A stretch of DNA of 64,000 bases from a bacterium (GTDB taxonomy: Bacteria; Zhuqueibacterota; Zhuqueibacteria; Residuimicrobiales; Krinioviventaceae): contig JAKQIY010000076.1 in the NCBI GenBank assembly GCA_029561455.1, forward strand, positions 81,838 through 145,837. The letters run 5' to 3'. Shown here piece by piece: positions 27,983 through 38,117 of the stretch. Within the stretch, counting starts at the first letter, position 1. The number at the start of each line of letters is the position of its first letter. The notes under the pieces are model-generated. The model ran no database searches. It was not told where the DNA came from and saw only the letters and a list, made by a program, of their open reading frames with translations. The translations under genes and the position numbers were made by a program.

Positions 27983-30918
27983 TGTTGCTGATGAAAAACT
28001 GCCTTTTTAATAAAATTTTTTTATTTATAATCCTGTTTCTTTCCACAACCCCCTTTTACCTGCAAACCGGTTTTGCGCAGGAGAGCGCTTTTGTCTCCGC
28101 AATTTTAAAAGAAACCGGCGAAGACCTGGTAAAGCTGAGTGAAATAATCAGAGAACACGAAACCCTGCTGCAAAAATATCCCAAGGGGCCTTTTGCTTCT
28201 ACCATCATGTTCCAGTTAGCCGAGTTGGAAGCGCAAAAAAGTAATATAATCTATCAGCAGGAAATGCGGCTTTATGAAGAAGATTTAAAGAATTTCGACG
28301 CGGGCAAACTTGCCGTTGAACCCGAAATGCCCAAACTGAATATGGATAGAACTATACAATATTGCAATGTCTTACTCAAAGAGTATCCAAATTCAAAATT
28401 TCAGGACAAGATATTATACAAGCTGGGTATTTCATATTTTCAGGAAGGGGATAAATTAAGAGCCAAAGACTATTTTGAAAGTATTGTAGCCAATTACCCT
28501 GAATCTACAGTTTCCCTGGAATCTCATTTCCGTATCGGCGAATATTATTTTGATAAACGTGATCTTGATAACGCCATATTTCATTATAGCAAGTTACTGG
28601 TTGATTGGAATAATCCGTATTTCGATATGTCGTTATATAAACTGGGGTGGTCTTATTATAACCAGAATAATTATAGCAAAGCCATCAGCAGCTTTATTTA
28701 TTTAATTGAAGATATCTCCCTGGTAGAAAAAGCCAAAACTCAGGTGCTGAGTAAAAGTAAGACCGATTTACGGCTGGAATCGATACATTATATTGCGAGT
28801 TGTTTTACGGAATTTGGCGGCCCTAAAGGCGCCAAAGAGTTCCTGCTCAAATATAAAGATAAAGATTATACATTGCCAATTCTGCTGAAAATGAGCGAAC
28901 TGTATCAAAAAAGAAATTATTATGCTGAAGCTATAGAAACCTATAAAGCAATTTTGGAATTATATCCTTATTATTCTGAAGCCCCTGAAATTTATCATAA
29001 TATCATTACAAATTACGAAGCTGGTGAAGATTATTCCGGCGCAAATAAAACCCGTGAAGAATTGGTAGATAAACTGGGGCCGGGCAGCAACTGGATCAGT
29101 CAAAATCCCGATACCCAGGTTCAAAATACCGGGCTTGCAGCAACCCGTGAAACTCTTGTCTATCTTGGCGGATTTTTCCAGGCAGAAGCGCAAACCAACG
29201 GCAATAAAGAAACCTATCTAAAAGCAATAGCCAAATACCTGGACTATTTAAAGAAATTCCCGGATGATGAAAATGTGCCGAAGATTAATTATTACCTGGC
29301 GGAATGTTATTACAATATTCAGGGCTTTACCCAGGCCGCCGATTGTTATTACAATGTTGTAATTAAAGACTTTCTTGACAAGACCGGTTTCCGCGAAGAA
29401 GCAGCCTATAACCGTATTCTGTGCTACTATGAATTAATGGATGCTCCCGGCGCGACAGATGAAAAAATGACCAGCATTGCCAATTTTTTGGGTACCAACG
29501 ATACCCTGGTCATTGTGAACATCAATAAACCAGCCGAGATCAACATATTACAGGCCAGCAATGACTTTTTACTCACTTTTCCCAAAAGTAAGTGGCTGGA
29601 CCAGGTCATGATGAAATATGGTGAAATTCTACACAGTCTCAAATACTTTTTACCGGCAATAGAAGTTTATAAAAAAGTTTTACAATTAGGTAATACCCGA
29701 CCATACTATCTCACTGCGTCCATGAGTGCGGGGCAATGTTATTTTGACGCTGAATTATTCTATGAAGCGGAAATCTGGTTTAATAATATTGCACGAAATT
29801 ATCCCGATTCAACACGCTATACCAAAAGAGCGCAAATACTTGCTTCTTCAGCCAATTTTAAAATTGCCGAACAGCTAAGTGATGCGGGCAAAAACCAGGA
29901 AGCGGCTAAATTGCTAAGCACAGTTGCAGACAAAGCAGTTGAACCGGGTATTCAGGAGCGCGCAATTTTTGAAGCTGCTGCGCAATATCAAAAAGCCGGG
30001 CAACCAGCTCAGGCGGCAACGATCCTGGAAAGATTGATCACTCTGCAACCGTCATCAAAGCTGGCAGACGAAGCACTAAAAAATGCCGCTGAAATCAGGG
30101 AGAATAATAAAGAATCGGCATCGGCTGCTCACAACTACCTGCTTTTGGCCGATAACTATCCCTCCTCCAAATATACCAAACGTTCAATTATAAATGCCGC
30201 AGTATGTTATGAAAACCTGCAAGATTGGTTTTCCGCCAAGGCAACCTTTAACAAGTTTATCACAACATTTCCCGATTCCGGCGATGACTATATCGAATGT
30301 ATGTACAAAGTTGGCGAAATGAATTACAAGCTGAATGATTATTATAATGCTGAAAATTCATTTAAAAATACCATATTGGCGTACGACAGGATGGTTAATA
30401 ACGGACAGGAACTGGATACTTATTTCATAGCCCAGGCGCAGTTTATGCTTGGAGAGATATATTTTATTTCCTATAAACAAATAAATCTAATTCCCCCGCT
30501 GGAAACGAATTTAAAGCTCAAAGTTGCCAGTTTTCAAAAGGTTCTTAAAGCATATAAAGATGCCCTGCTCTACCAGGTAGCCGATTGGAGTACTGCTGCT
30601 ACATTTAAAATTGGCATGACTTTTGAAGAGTTATTTAGAGCATTCATAGAATCACCCCCTCCTGCGGAGTTGACCGGTGATCAGTTAACTGTTTATGTTA
30701 CCGCTTTGAAGGAAAAAGCCGAACCCTATAAACAACAGGCTTTAGAGACATACAAACTCAATGTAGAACAAGCGGCAACTAACAATATTTCAAATAACTG
30801 GATCGATGAAAGCAAAAAAAGGATAGAAGCCCTTTCCGGTGAAGCGGAAATTAATAACGATATATTGAACAGCGCCGACCAGGAAAGTGTAACGCAGGGA
30901 ATTAATGGAAAATCTTGA
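27982..30918 (+). CDS. Large TPR-repeat protein (978 aa), periplasmic
   Basis: Signal peptide/anchor; more than 15 TPR-like repeats throughout; ATGA start/stop overlap with the preceding TPR gene. Confidence 0.6.
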   Translation: MLLMKNCLFNKIFLFIILFLSTTPFYLQTGFAQESAFVSAILKETGEDLVKLSEIIREHETLLQKYPKGPFASTIMFQLAELEAQKSNIIYQQEMRLYEEDLKNFDAGKLAVEPEMPKLNMDRTIQYCNVLLKEYPNSKFQDKILYKLGISYFQEGDKLRAKDYFESIVANYPESTVSLESHFRIGEYYFDKRDLDNAIFHYSKLLVDWNNPYFDMSLYKLGWSYYNQNNYSKAISSFIYLIEDISLVEKAKTQVLSKSKTDLRLESIHYIASCFTEFGGPKGAKEFLLKYKDKDYTLPILLKMSELYQKRNYYAEAIETYKAILELYPYYSEAPEIYHNIITNYEAGEDYSGANKTREELVDKLGPGSNWISQNPDTQVQNTGLAATRETLVYLGGFFQAEAQTNGNKETYLKAIAKYLDYLKKFPDDENVPKINYYLAECYYNIQGFTQAADCYYNVVIKDFLDKTGFREEAAYNRILCYYELMDAPGATDEKMTSIANFLGTNDTLVIVNINKPAEINILQASNDFLLTFPKSKWLDQVMMKYGEILHSLKYFLPAIEVYKKVLQLGNTRPYYLTASMSAGQCYFDAELFYEAEIWFNNIARNYPDSTRYTKRAQILASSANFKIAEQLSDAGKNQEAAKLLSTVADKAVEPGIQERAIFEAAAQYQKAGQPAQAATILERLITLQPSSKLADEALKNAAEIRENNKESASAAHNYLLLADNYPSSKYTKRSIINAAVCYENLQDWFSAKATFNKFITTFPDSGDDYIECMYKVGEMNYKLNDYYNAENSFKNTILAYDRMVNNGQELDTYFIAQAQFMLGEIYFISYKQINLIPPLETNLKLKVASFQKVLKAYKDALLYQVADWSTAATFKIGMTFEELFRAFIESPPPAELTGDQLTVYVTALKEKAEPYKQQALETYKLNVEQAATNNISNNWIDESKKRIEALSGEAEINNDILNSADQESVTQGINGKS

Positions 30919-30929
30919 GGTAATACAAA

Positions 30930-31313
30930 ATGGTAATTAAAAATTTCAAATATGTTATTATGATAGCTGTTTATATAATGCTATCGATTAATGTGTCACT
31001 CAATGCGCAAACACAGGAAAATAATTTAATTGACGGCCAAACTGCACTGAACACTCCGGCAATTGCCAATGATTCTTTAACCATTGATAGCGCCAACATA
31101 AAAATGTTCATTGATAAAATTGAGGTTAATGTCCAGTTGGAAAAACCACAAGCAATGTTTATCCTGCCTGGTTCAACACCCGATATAGATGATATTCAAA
31201 TCGAACATTCATTTTTCAACGAAATTTTCCGACCAGTCGAAAAACGGGGAAGAATTCAATCAAGCTTAACAACAGAGCCTGCCATAGATCGTAAAGACTA
31301 TATTCCCTGGTAA
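30930..31313 (+). CDS. Small secreted hypothetical protein
   Basis: 127 aa with signal peptide (VIMIAVYIMLSINVSLNAQ); 12 nt after the giant TPR gene. Confidence 0.35.
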   Translation: MVIKNFKYVIMIAVYIMLSINVSLNAQTQENNLIDGQTALNTPAIANDSLTIDSANIKMFIDKIEVNVQLEKPQAMFILPGSTPDIDDIQIEHSFFNEIFRPVEKRGRIQSSLTTEPAIDRKDYIPW

Positions 31314-31383
31314 GCCTGAAACTAAAATATTGTATATTTTTTGATCTTAACTTTTTTAACAACAACTGATTAAGGAGGTATCC

Positions 31384-32001
31384 TTGGGTAGCATTATAAG
31401 TTTTTTTGTCAAGGGTGGAACGGTTATGTATCCAATTCTGCTGGCGCTCATATTTGGTATTGTGGTGATAATTGAAAGAGTAATTTTTATACTATTTAAA
31501 AACCGTATAGATTCAGCATTGTTCGTAAACAAAATTGCCGAATTGATTAAAAGCGGTAATATCAACAAAGCAATTGAATATTGCAATATATCCGATGCGG
31601 CGCTGCCAAATATCACCAAAGCCGGATTACAAGAACTCCATTCATCACCGGCAAATGTACAAAACGCCCTGGAATTAGCCGCAATGGTTGAAATACCCAA
31701 ACTGGAAAAAAGAATAAATTACCTGGCGATGATTGCCAACGTAGCAACACTGTTGGGACTGCTCGGTACGATTTTTGGTCTAATCAGTTCATTCGCCGCT
31801 GTTGCCCATGCTGAAGCGGCTGAAAAAGCCACTTTGTTAACCGCCGGTATATCAATAGCTATGAACACAACCGCGTTTGGGTTGGTAGTCGCTATCCCCT
31901 GCCTGATTGGTTATACCTATCTTACGGAAAAAACCAATGAAATTATTGATGAAATAAACGAAAACGTAGCTCGTCTTTACCGGATAATGACTTCGAGGTA
32001 A
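31384..32001 (+). CDS. MotA/TolQ/ExbB proton-channel family protein
   Basis: TTG start 6 nt after AAGGAGG; three TM helices; conserved ExbB/TolQ stretch TLLGLLGTIFGLISSFAAVA...GISIAMNTTAFGLVVAIP. Confidence 0.85.
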   Translation: MGSIISFFVKGGTVMYPILLALIFGIVVIIERVIFILFKNRIDSALFVNKIAELIKSGNINKAIEYCNISDAALPNITKAGLQELHSSPANVQNALELAAMVEIPKLEKRINYLAMIANVATLLGLLGTIFGLISSFAAVAHAEAAEKATLLTAGISIAMNTTAFGLVVAIPCLIGYTYLTEKTNEIIDEINENVARLYRIMTSR

Positions 32002-32004
32002 TGA

Positions 32005-32472
32005 ATGAATCTAAAAGAATCAATGCGGCGCAGGATGAAAGGTCATGCTGAAGATGTTGAATTAAATCTCACTTCAGTTATGAACATCTTTCTGATTCTT
32101 ATTCCTTTTTTATTATTGACTGCCGTTTTCGTTCGTATATCTGTACTTGAGCTCTCTTTGCCAAGCCTCGATTCCGGCAGCCGGGCAGCGCAGGTCAAGC
32201 AACAAAAAACGGCGATTATAAATATTCTTATTATCGATGGCAAGGGTTTTGAACTAAAAAGTCCCGAAATGAAATTTCCTCTAGTATCAAAGAAAGATGC
32301 CAGTTACGATTGGGACAGGTTGGCAATACAATTAAAAGAAATTAAAACTAAATATCCGGATTCGGAAGATATGATCATCTCCCCGGTTGATTCAATCAAA
32401 TACCAAATAATTATCAGTGTTATGGATAAATGCCGGGAATCCGGATTCCCCAATATTTCTATTTCAGGTTAA
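32005..32472 (+). CDS. ExbD/TolR-family biopolymer transport protein (paralogue 1)
   Basis: Single N-terminal TM (LTSVMNIFLILIPFLLL) plus periplasmic ExbD/TolR domain. Confidence 0.8.
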   Translation: MNLKESMRRRMKGHAEDVELNLTSVMNIFLILIPFLLLTAVFVRISVLELSLPSLDSGSRAAQVKQQKTAIINILIIDGKGFELKSPEMKFPLVSKKDASYDWDRLAIQLKEIKTKYPDSEDMIISPVDSIKYQIIISVMDKCRESGFPNISISG

Positions 32473-32484
32473 GAAAGTTAAAAT

Positions 32485-33000
32485 ATGAATATTGACGATA
32501 AAACCCATTTATTAAATTTAGCAAAAAATACCAAACACAGAAAACGTGGTACCGCCAGTTTAAAACTGACCTCCATGATAGACATGTTCACAATTTTATT
32601 GGTATTTTTATTGCACAGGTATAGCGCCGAAGGTCAGATCATGACCCTGACCAAAGATCTGAGTCTTCCGGAATCGACTTCGCAATTGCAGCCCAAGGTT
32701 ACCTCAATTATTTCTATTACCCGGGAATGGGTATTAGTAGATGGTAGACCGATTGAACGGATTGAAAATATTCTAGCGGAAGATAAATTGATTATTGCAC
32801 CGTTGCATACGGAATTGACCAAAATTAAAAGTATTACCCAGGGTATTAGTACAATTTCCGATCAGATGGGCGGCTTTAAAGGAAACATTACAATACAGGG
32901 TAATGAAGATATAACATTTAATTTATTAAAAAAGGTAATGCTTACTTGCGGAACTACCGGATATAATAATATGTTGCTGGCAGTTGCGCAAATCGAATAA
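32485..33000 (+). CDS. ExbD/TolR-family biopolymer transport protein (paralogue 2)
   Basis: SLKLTSMIDMFTILLVFLL TM plus ExbD/TolR periplasmic domain; second copy in tandem. Confidence 0.8.
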   Translation: MNIDDKTHLLNLAKNTKHRKRGTASLKLTSMIDMFTILLVFLLHRYSAEGQIMTLTKDLSLPESTSQLQPKVTSIISITREWVLVDGRPIERIENILAEDKLIIAPLHTELTKIKSITQGISTISDQMGGFKGNITIQGNEDITFNLLKKVMLTCGTTGYNNMLLAVAQIE

Positions 33001-33050
33001 TCCGATAATTAACAATGACGATATTTAAATAATTATAGAAATATATATTA

Positions 33051-34442
33051 ATGGCACATACGCGAAAACATTCAATACTGGCAACGAAAATTGTTCAGGG
33101 TAACAAGGAAATCGAACTGCAAATCAAACCGAACAACAAGTTGACCATTGGTCGTAGTCCTGATAATGATATTGTTATTTACAGCGATGCATACCCTAAA
33201 AAGCATACTCTTATTGAATGTAAAAAAGATACATGTGTTTTAAACATTACCCCGAACATGAGCGGCGCAATTGAATATAAAAATTCAAAACTTGATTTTA
33301 ACGATTTATTTCTGCACAATTTGCTGCCTCGAAAAGGGGAATTTTACAGTCTTGCTTTTGGTCATGGCAGGACCGGCGCAATAAAGATTGCCGATACAAT
33401 AGTATACTTTAATTATGACGGCGCCGGCTTGCAGCCAATAAAAGATATGCCGGGTTATACCTGGAAGCAATCCTTTTCTAAAACTTTTTCCAAAGACCTG
33501 TTGTTCAAATCGCTTTTAACGATCTTTTTCTGTCTGGAGATTTTCCTGGCTATAAAACTAAAGGGTTACCAGGTTCCCGATATTGAACCACCGGATATGG
33601 ATAAAATTCCGCAGCGCTTTGCAAAATTTATTATTAACAAGCCGACGCCCCCTCCTGAATTGGAATTAGCGACCTCATCAGGCGATGGTGATGGTTCCTC
33701 GGAAGAAGAACAGGGCGAGAAAAAAGAAAATGAACCTAAAGCTCAAAAATCAACCGGTGGCTCAGGTGGAGATCAAGGTAATAAACCGGTAGTTGCCCAG
33801 GGCTTATTAGGCCTTATAGGCGGCGCCGGAAGTTCAGATAATGCCAGCGCCACAGCAGACTTTTTAATTGAACAGGGCCTAGTCAAGGAACTGGATGAAT
33901 TGATCGGCAGCCAAAAATTGAATAATACCCGAGCTAACGGCAGAAGAGGCGACGGTTCCGGCTCCGGTTCCGGAACGGGCAGCGGTTCCGGTAGTGGCGA
34001 TGGCTTGGACGATCTTGTAGCATTAGGTCTGTCCGGCATTGATGACTTGCTTCCCGCCGGTGGTGGTGTGGAAAAAGTAGCGTTGCAGAAAAAAGGGAAT
34101 GTTAATATCGAACAACCCAAACAAATGCGCGGTTCGCAGGCAGCGCAGGCTCAACGCACACCCCAATCCGTTATGTCGATCATCAACTCGCAGGAGGGGC
34201 GTATTATGTATACCTATAATAAATACCTGCGCGAAGATCCGAACCTGCGTGGTAAAATCAATATCGATATTACAATTGAAGCGGACGGGTCAGTCAGTAA
34301 TGTTGCCGTTCTGGATACGGATATTCCGGTACAAGAGTTTATCCAGGATATAATCAGTATTTTACGACGCTTGAAATTTCCGGCAATTACCGAAGGGGCA
34401 ATTCAGGTCAACCTCCCCTTTGTGTTTAACCGGGTGAATTAA
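33051..34442 (+). CDS. FHA-like / TM / Gly-Ser linker / TonB C-terminal-like domain protein (GltG/AgmV-like)
   Basis: N-terminal FHA-like motif (KLTIGRSPDNDIVIYSD...KKHTLIE), one TM, Pro-rich and acidic segment, (GSGSGTGSGSGSG) low-complexity linker, C-terminal about 90 aa TonB_C-like (GKINIDITIEADGSVSNVAVL...AITEGAIQVNLPFVF). Confidence 0.6.
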   Translation: MAHTRKHSILATKIVQGNKEIELQIKPNNKLTIGRSPDNDIVIYSDAYPKKHTLIECKKDTCVLNITPNMSGAIEYKNSKLDFNDLFLHNLLPRKGEFYSLAFGHGRTGAIKIADTIVYFNYDGAGLQPIKDMPGYTWKQSFSKTFSKDLLFKSLLTIFFCLEIFLAIKLKGYQVPDIEPPDMDKIPQRFAKFIINKPTPPPELELATSSGDGDGSSEEEQGEKKENEPKAQKSTGGSGGDQGNKPVVAQGLLGLIGGAGSSDNASATADFLIEQGLVKELDELIGSQKLNNTRANGRRGDGSGSGSGTGSGSGSGDGLDDLVALGLSGIDDLLPAGGGVEKVALQKKGNVNIEQPKQMRGSQAAQAQRTPQSVMSIINSQEGRIMYTYNKYLREDPNLRGKINIDITIEADGSVSNVAVLDTDIPVQEFIQDIISILRRLKFPAITEGAIQVNLPFVFNRVN

Positions 34443-34450
34443 ATTAAAAA

Positions 34451-34478
34451 ACCCTGCTTCCGGCAGGGTTTTTTTTGG
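34451..34478. terminator. Bidirectional rho-independent terminator between convergent genes
   Basis: AAAAAA-CCCTGC-TTCCG-GCAGGG-TTTTTTTT. Confidence 0.8.
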
Positions 34479-34491
34479 TTACTTTATTTTC

Positions 34492-35925
34492 TTAAAGATT
34501 ACCATCACCAGGTTTAGTGATGTTTTTATAATCCAGCGGGTTTATTTGATAAATACGAATTTTTTGCTGTAAATATTGACGTTTGATTTCCAGTAATTTC
34601 GCCGCTTTGCTTACATTCCCGGCACTCAGTTTGAGCGCCTGATTGATCATATTCCATTCGAACTCGCGGATGACCAGGTCTTTGGCATTACTAAAAGAGA
34701 CCTCGCCCGGAGAAAGAGATATCCGGGATTGAGGTGATTTAGTTAGCTCCACCGGCAGTAAATCGGTAGTTATAAGCGGTTTATCAGCCAGTACCACACA
34801 TTGTTCCAGAACATGCATAAATTGGCGGACATTGCCGGGCCATTCATAATCCAGCAATTGTTGCATGGCGGCAGATTCAAACCCCTGAATCATTTTGGTA
34901 TGTTTTTCGGCATATAAATGCAGGAAATGGTTTGACAGGATAGGAATATCCGTTTTACGTTCGCGTAGGGAAGGTAATTGAATTTCCACAACTTTGATGC
35001 GGTAATACAGATCCTCCCGGAATCTTCCCTCCTCTATCTCTTTACGTAAATTTTTATTGGTGGCGCTGATCAACCTGACATCGGTTTGTAATACTTTTTT
35101 ACCTCCAAGCCGGGTAAAGGATTTTTCTTCTAGTATCCTTAATATTTTAGCCTGGGTATCGATACTCATATCGGCAATTTCATCCAGAAAAAGAGTGCCG
35201 CCATTGGCAATTTCAAATTTCCCCTGGCGTTGATTGATCGCCCCGGTATAGGCGCCCTTTTCGTGACCGAACAACTCGCTTTCGACCAGGTCTTTGGGAA
35301 TAGCTGCGCAATTCATGGTAATAAACGGGCCGGCAGTCCGGGCGCTGAATGAATGGATCGTTTTGGCGGCCAGTTCTTTGCCGGTGCCGCTTTCGCCGGT
35401 TAGTAATACGGTTATATCGGTCGGCGCTACTTTTTCAATCAATTTAATAACTTCAAGAATTTTAGGGCTTTCACCGATAATAGAGCCCCGATTTTGTCCG
35501 GCCAGTTGCTGGCGTAATAATACATTTTCGCGCCCCAGGGTGATCTTTTCCAGGGCTTTGTTCACTACCAGGCGTAGTTCTTCAATTTCAAAAGGTTTGG
35601 ACAAGTAATCATAAGCTCCGGCTTTCATGGCTTCAACGGCTATTTTTTCAGAACCGAAAGCAGTAAGAACAATGATAAGCGGTAATAGCCCGGTTTCACG
35701 CTCCTGCTTTTGTACCTGGCCGATAAACTCCAGGCCGTTCATTTCCGGCATGTTAATATCGCACAACACTACATCGGGCTTGAATTCAACCAGTTTTTCC
35801 AGGGCAATCCGGCCGTTTTCTGCCTCTTCCAAATGATAGCGTGACTTGCCGAGCGCTTTGCGCATTCCATAACGGGCGGCGTCTTCATCATCAACTATTA
35901 ATATTCGGGACTTTTCAGTATTCAT
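34492..35925 (-). CDS. Sigma-54-dependent two-component response regulator (NtrC family)
   Basis: REC domain (ILIVDDE...D), AAA+ sigma-54 activation domain (GESGTGKE Walker A, GAYTGA variant of GAFTGA, ESELFGHEKGAYTGA), C-terminal Fis-type HTH. Confidence 0.9.
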   Translation of the reverse strand: MNTEKSRILIVDDEDAARYGMRKALGKSRYHLEEAENGRIALEKLVEFKPDVVLCDINMPEMNGLEFIGQVQKQERETGLLPLIIVLTAFGSEKIAVEAMKAGAYDYLSKPFEIEELRLVVNKALEKITLGRENVLLRQQLAGQNRGSIIGESPKILEVIKLIEKVAPTDITVLLTGESGTGKELAAKTIHSFSARTAGPFITMNCAAIPKDLVESELFGHEKGAYTGAINQRQGKFEIANGGTLFLDEIADMSIDTQAKILRILEEKSFTRLGGKKVLQTDVRLISATNKNLRKEIEEGRFREDLYYRIKVVEIQLPSLRERKTDIPILSNHFLHLYAEKHTKMIQGFESAAMQQLLDYEWPGNVRQFMHVLEQCVVLADKPLITTDLLPVELTKSPQSRISLSPGEVSFSNAKDLVIREFEWNMINQALKLSAGNVSKAAKLLEIKRQYLQQKIRIYQINPLDYKNITKPGDGNL

Positions 35926-35971
35926 TTTGATCTCTGACTTTGCAATCTCACTTGTGAAAAATTTAAAACCA

Positions 35972-38116
35972 TCACTTTTTATTCACGGGGAAATAGACTA
36001 AAAATTCAGCGCCAGCATTAACATCGCTTTTAACATCAATAAAGCCACCCAGTTCCTCAACATTTTGTTTTACTATAGCAAGGCCGAGTCCTGTGCCTTT
36101 GGTGCGGGTGGTGAAAAATGGCTCGAATATTTGTTTAATATTCTCTTTGGTTATACCGGGTCCGTTATCTTTGACCTTTAATATAAACCAGTTTTTTACC
36201 TGTACAAGATCAACCCGGCGGGAGGCTTTTTTTATTTTATCAAGTCCTGCTTGTTGTTCAAGAGTGATGACAATTTCCCCCTTTGAACCAACCGACTGTA
36301 TAGCATTTAAAACCAGGTTGTAAATTATTTCACGAAGAGATTGTTTTTTAGCCCAGAAAACCATATTTATCTCCGGGGTCTGAAAAACAATACTTGTTTG
36401 ATTGCGGTTGGCCTGGTATTTAAGCAGGTCGACAACATCCTGAACAATTTCCGCCAGGGAGACTTCCTCGACATTGGCGGTTGAAGGCCGGGCAAAACTC
36501 AGCAATTTTTCCAAAACCGTATGCAGGCGGTTGATTTCTTCAATTACAATTTGCAGATCTTGCGCCTCATCGCCGTTGGCGTTTTCATGTAAAACCTGAA
36601 CAATACTTTTTATAGAAGACAATGGATTTTTGATTTCATGCGACATGGTCGTTGCCAGTTGCCCCAAAGAGTTTAACTTTTCCGCCTGGTAAACCCGCGC
36701 TTCCAGGTTCAACCGTTCCTGCACCAGCCGGGCATTTTCAATTGCCAGGGCAACCTGGTTGGCAAAGGTTTGCAGCATGTCAATCTCTTCTTCAGAAAAG
36801 GGATTTCCCGATTGTTTGCCGGACAGACAGATCATTCCGGTCATCTTTTTCCGATAAAAAATCGGTACGGCCAGTTCCAGTTTGTTATTCTTGAGCGCAT
36901 TGATAACCAGGTGAGTTTTGATCTGTTGGCGCAAGCGCAGGGCGCGGATCGAGGTAAAGGCATCGATAAGGGAGAAAAAATCTTTTAAATCCTGGTTGCC
37001 GATAGTTTTTAAAATTTCCTGCTTTTTGGCAGTTGACTGAAAAACAACAATGGTCAGCGATTTCACCTTGAAAGCAGATTTAAGGGATTCGCTGATGGTA
37101 TTGAGCAATTTTTCCAGATCGACAATGCCGATGATGTTGTCGGATAGTTCACGTAAAATTTGTTGATAAAAATAGCGATCCTTGAAAAAAATCCGGTCGA
37201 GTCGTTTTTGAAAAGCCTCGCGAAACGGCTGAAAAGCAAACACCAGGGCGACCAGCAGTAATCCTTCAATAAAGGTAGAATTGATCTCAGGGAACAGCTT
37301 TAAATATTCGCCCAGCCGGCGGATACCCAGCAAATAAACGGTCATCAGGGCGCCGTAGATGATGGAATAGATGAGACTTGGTTTGATGACCAGGCGGTAA
37401 AAATTATAGCGGTAAACATAATAACCAAGCACCGCCATGGGTAAGGTTGGCGAAAGCAGCATTAAAAGTCCCAGATAATAGCCAATATAAGAAATTTTAT
37501 AAGTCGGTATTATTAAAATAACAATGATGCCAACGCCGATCAGCGCCAGGGTGATACTCAAATCGCGGTAAAAATGCCGATCGGCTTCGTTCTCATGGGT
37601 TCGGGCCAGGTTTTCGGACAAGATCAGGGAAAAAGTGATAGCGAATAACATCCATAAATAATAGGGAAAACGGATCGCTTCGTCCAATTCGACATAAAGA
37701 GAGCGTATTTTCAGGTTATAATAGATGCCGAAATAGAGAAATACAAATACCGGTAAATAGGTGAACACAATTAACAGGGTATGATGGCGAACTATCCATG
37801 GTCTGAGTTTTCTTTTGGCGCGATGAAAGAACGCCGCCAGGGTGTTCATCATTGCAGAAGGGATGAGCGCCAGGCCCAGATACGAAATAACGATGAGGAT
37901 ATTAGTTTCGAGCAAAACAACTTTGCCAAACAACATGCGGTTTATCAGGGAAAGAAAATTTCCTCCCAGCCATAAAGCACAGGCTACCAGCAAGATCACC
38001 AGCGCATAATCGTCATAATGCTTGGGTTTCTTTTTTAAGGTCAGGCTGAAGATGATCACGGTCAGCGCGGTGCCAAAACCAAACCCCAAAGTGTTGATAA
38101 AAGTATACAAGGCCAT
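35972..38116 (-). CDS. Sensor histidine kinase with N-terminal polytopic membrane sensor and GAF domain
   Basis: About 330 aa multi-TM N-terminus, GAF-like region, HisKA H-box (MSHEIKNPL), HATPase_c N/G1/G2 boxes (NLVLNAIQ...DNGPGI...GTGLGLAIV). Confidence 0.85.
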   Translation of the reverse strand: MALYTFINTLGFGFGTALTVIIFSLTLKKKPKHYDDYALVILLVACALWLGGNFLSLINRMLFGKVVLLETNILIVISYLGLALIPSAMMNTLAAFFHRAKRKLRPWIVRHHTLLIVFTYLPVFVFLYFGIYYNLKIRSLYVELDEAIRFPYYLWMLFAITFSLILSENLARTHENEADRHFYRDLSITLALIGVGIIVILIIPTYKISYIGYYLGLLMLLSPTLPMAVLGYYVYRYNFYRLVIKPSLIYSIIYGALMTVYLLGIRRLGEYLKLFPEINSTFIEGLLLVALVFAFQPFREAFQKRLDRIFFKDRYFYQQILRELSDNIIGIVDLEKLLNTISESLKSAFKVKSLTIVVFQSTAKKQEILKTIGNQDLKDFFSLIDAFTSIRALRLRQQIKTHLVINALKNNKLELAVPIFYRKKMTGMICLSGKQSGNPFSEEEIDMLQTFANQVALAIENARLVQERLNLEARVYQAEKLNSLGQLATTMSHEIKNPLSSIKSIVQVLHENANGDEAQDLQIVIEEINRLHTVLEKLLSFARPSTANVEEVSLAEIVQDVVDLLKYQANRNQTSIVFQTPEINMVFWAKKQSLREIIYNLVLNAIQSVGSKGEIVITLEQQAGLDKIKKASRRVDLVQVKNWFILKVKDNGPGITKENIKQIFEPFFTTRTKGTGLGLAIVKQNVEELGGFIDVKSDVNAGAEFLVYFPVNKK

Positions 38117-38117
38117 A

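Noticed and set aside
33955-34010. GGTTCCGGC-type short tandem DNA repeats as a possible non-coding satellite
   Set aside because: They are in frame and encode the Gly-Ser linker of the FHA-TonB_C protein, so I treat them as coding low-complexity sequence (noted in the 33051-34442 finding as slippage-prone).
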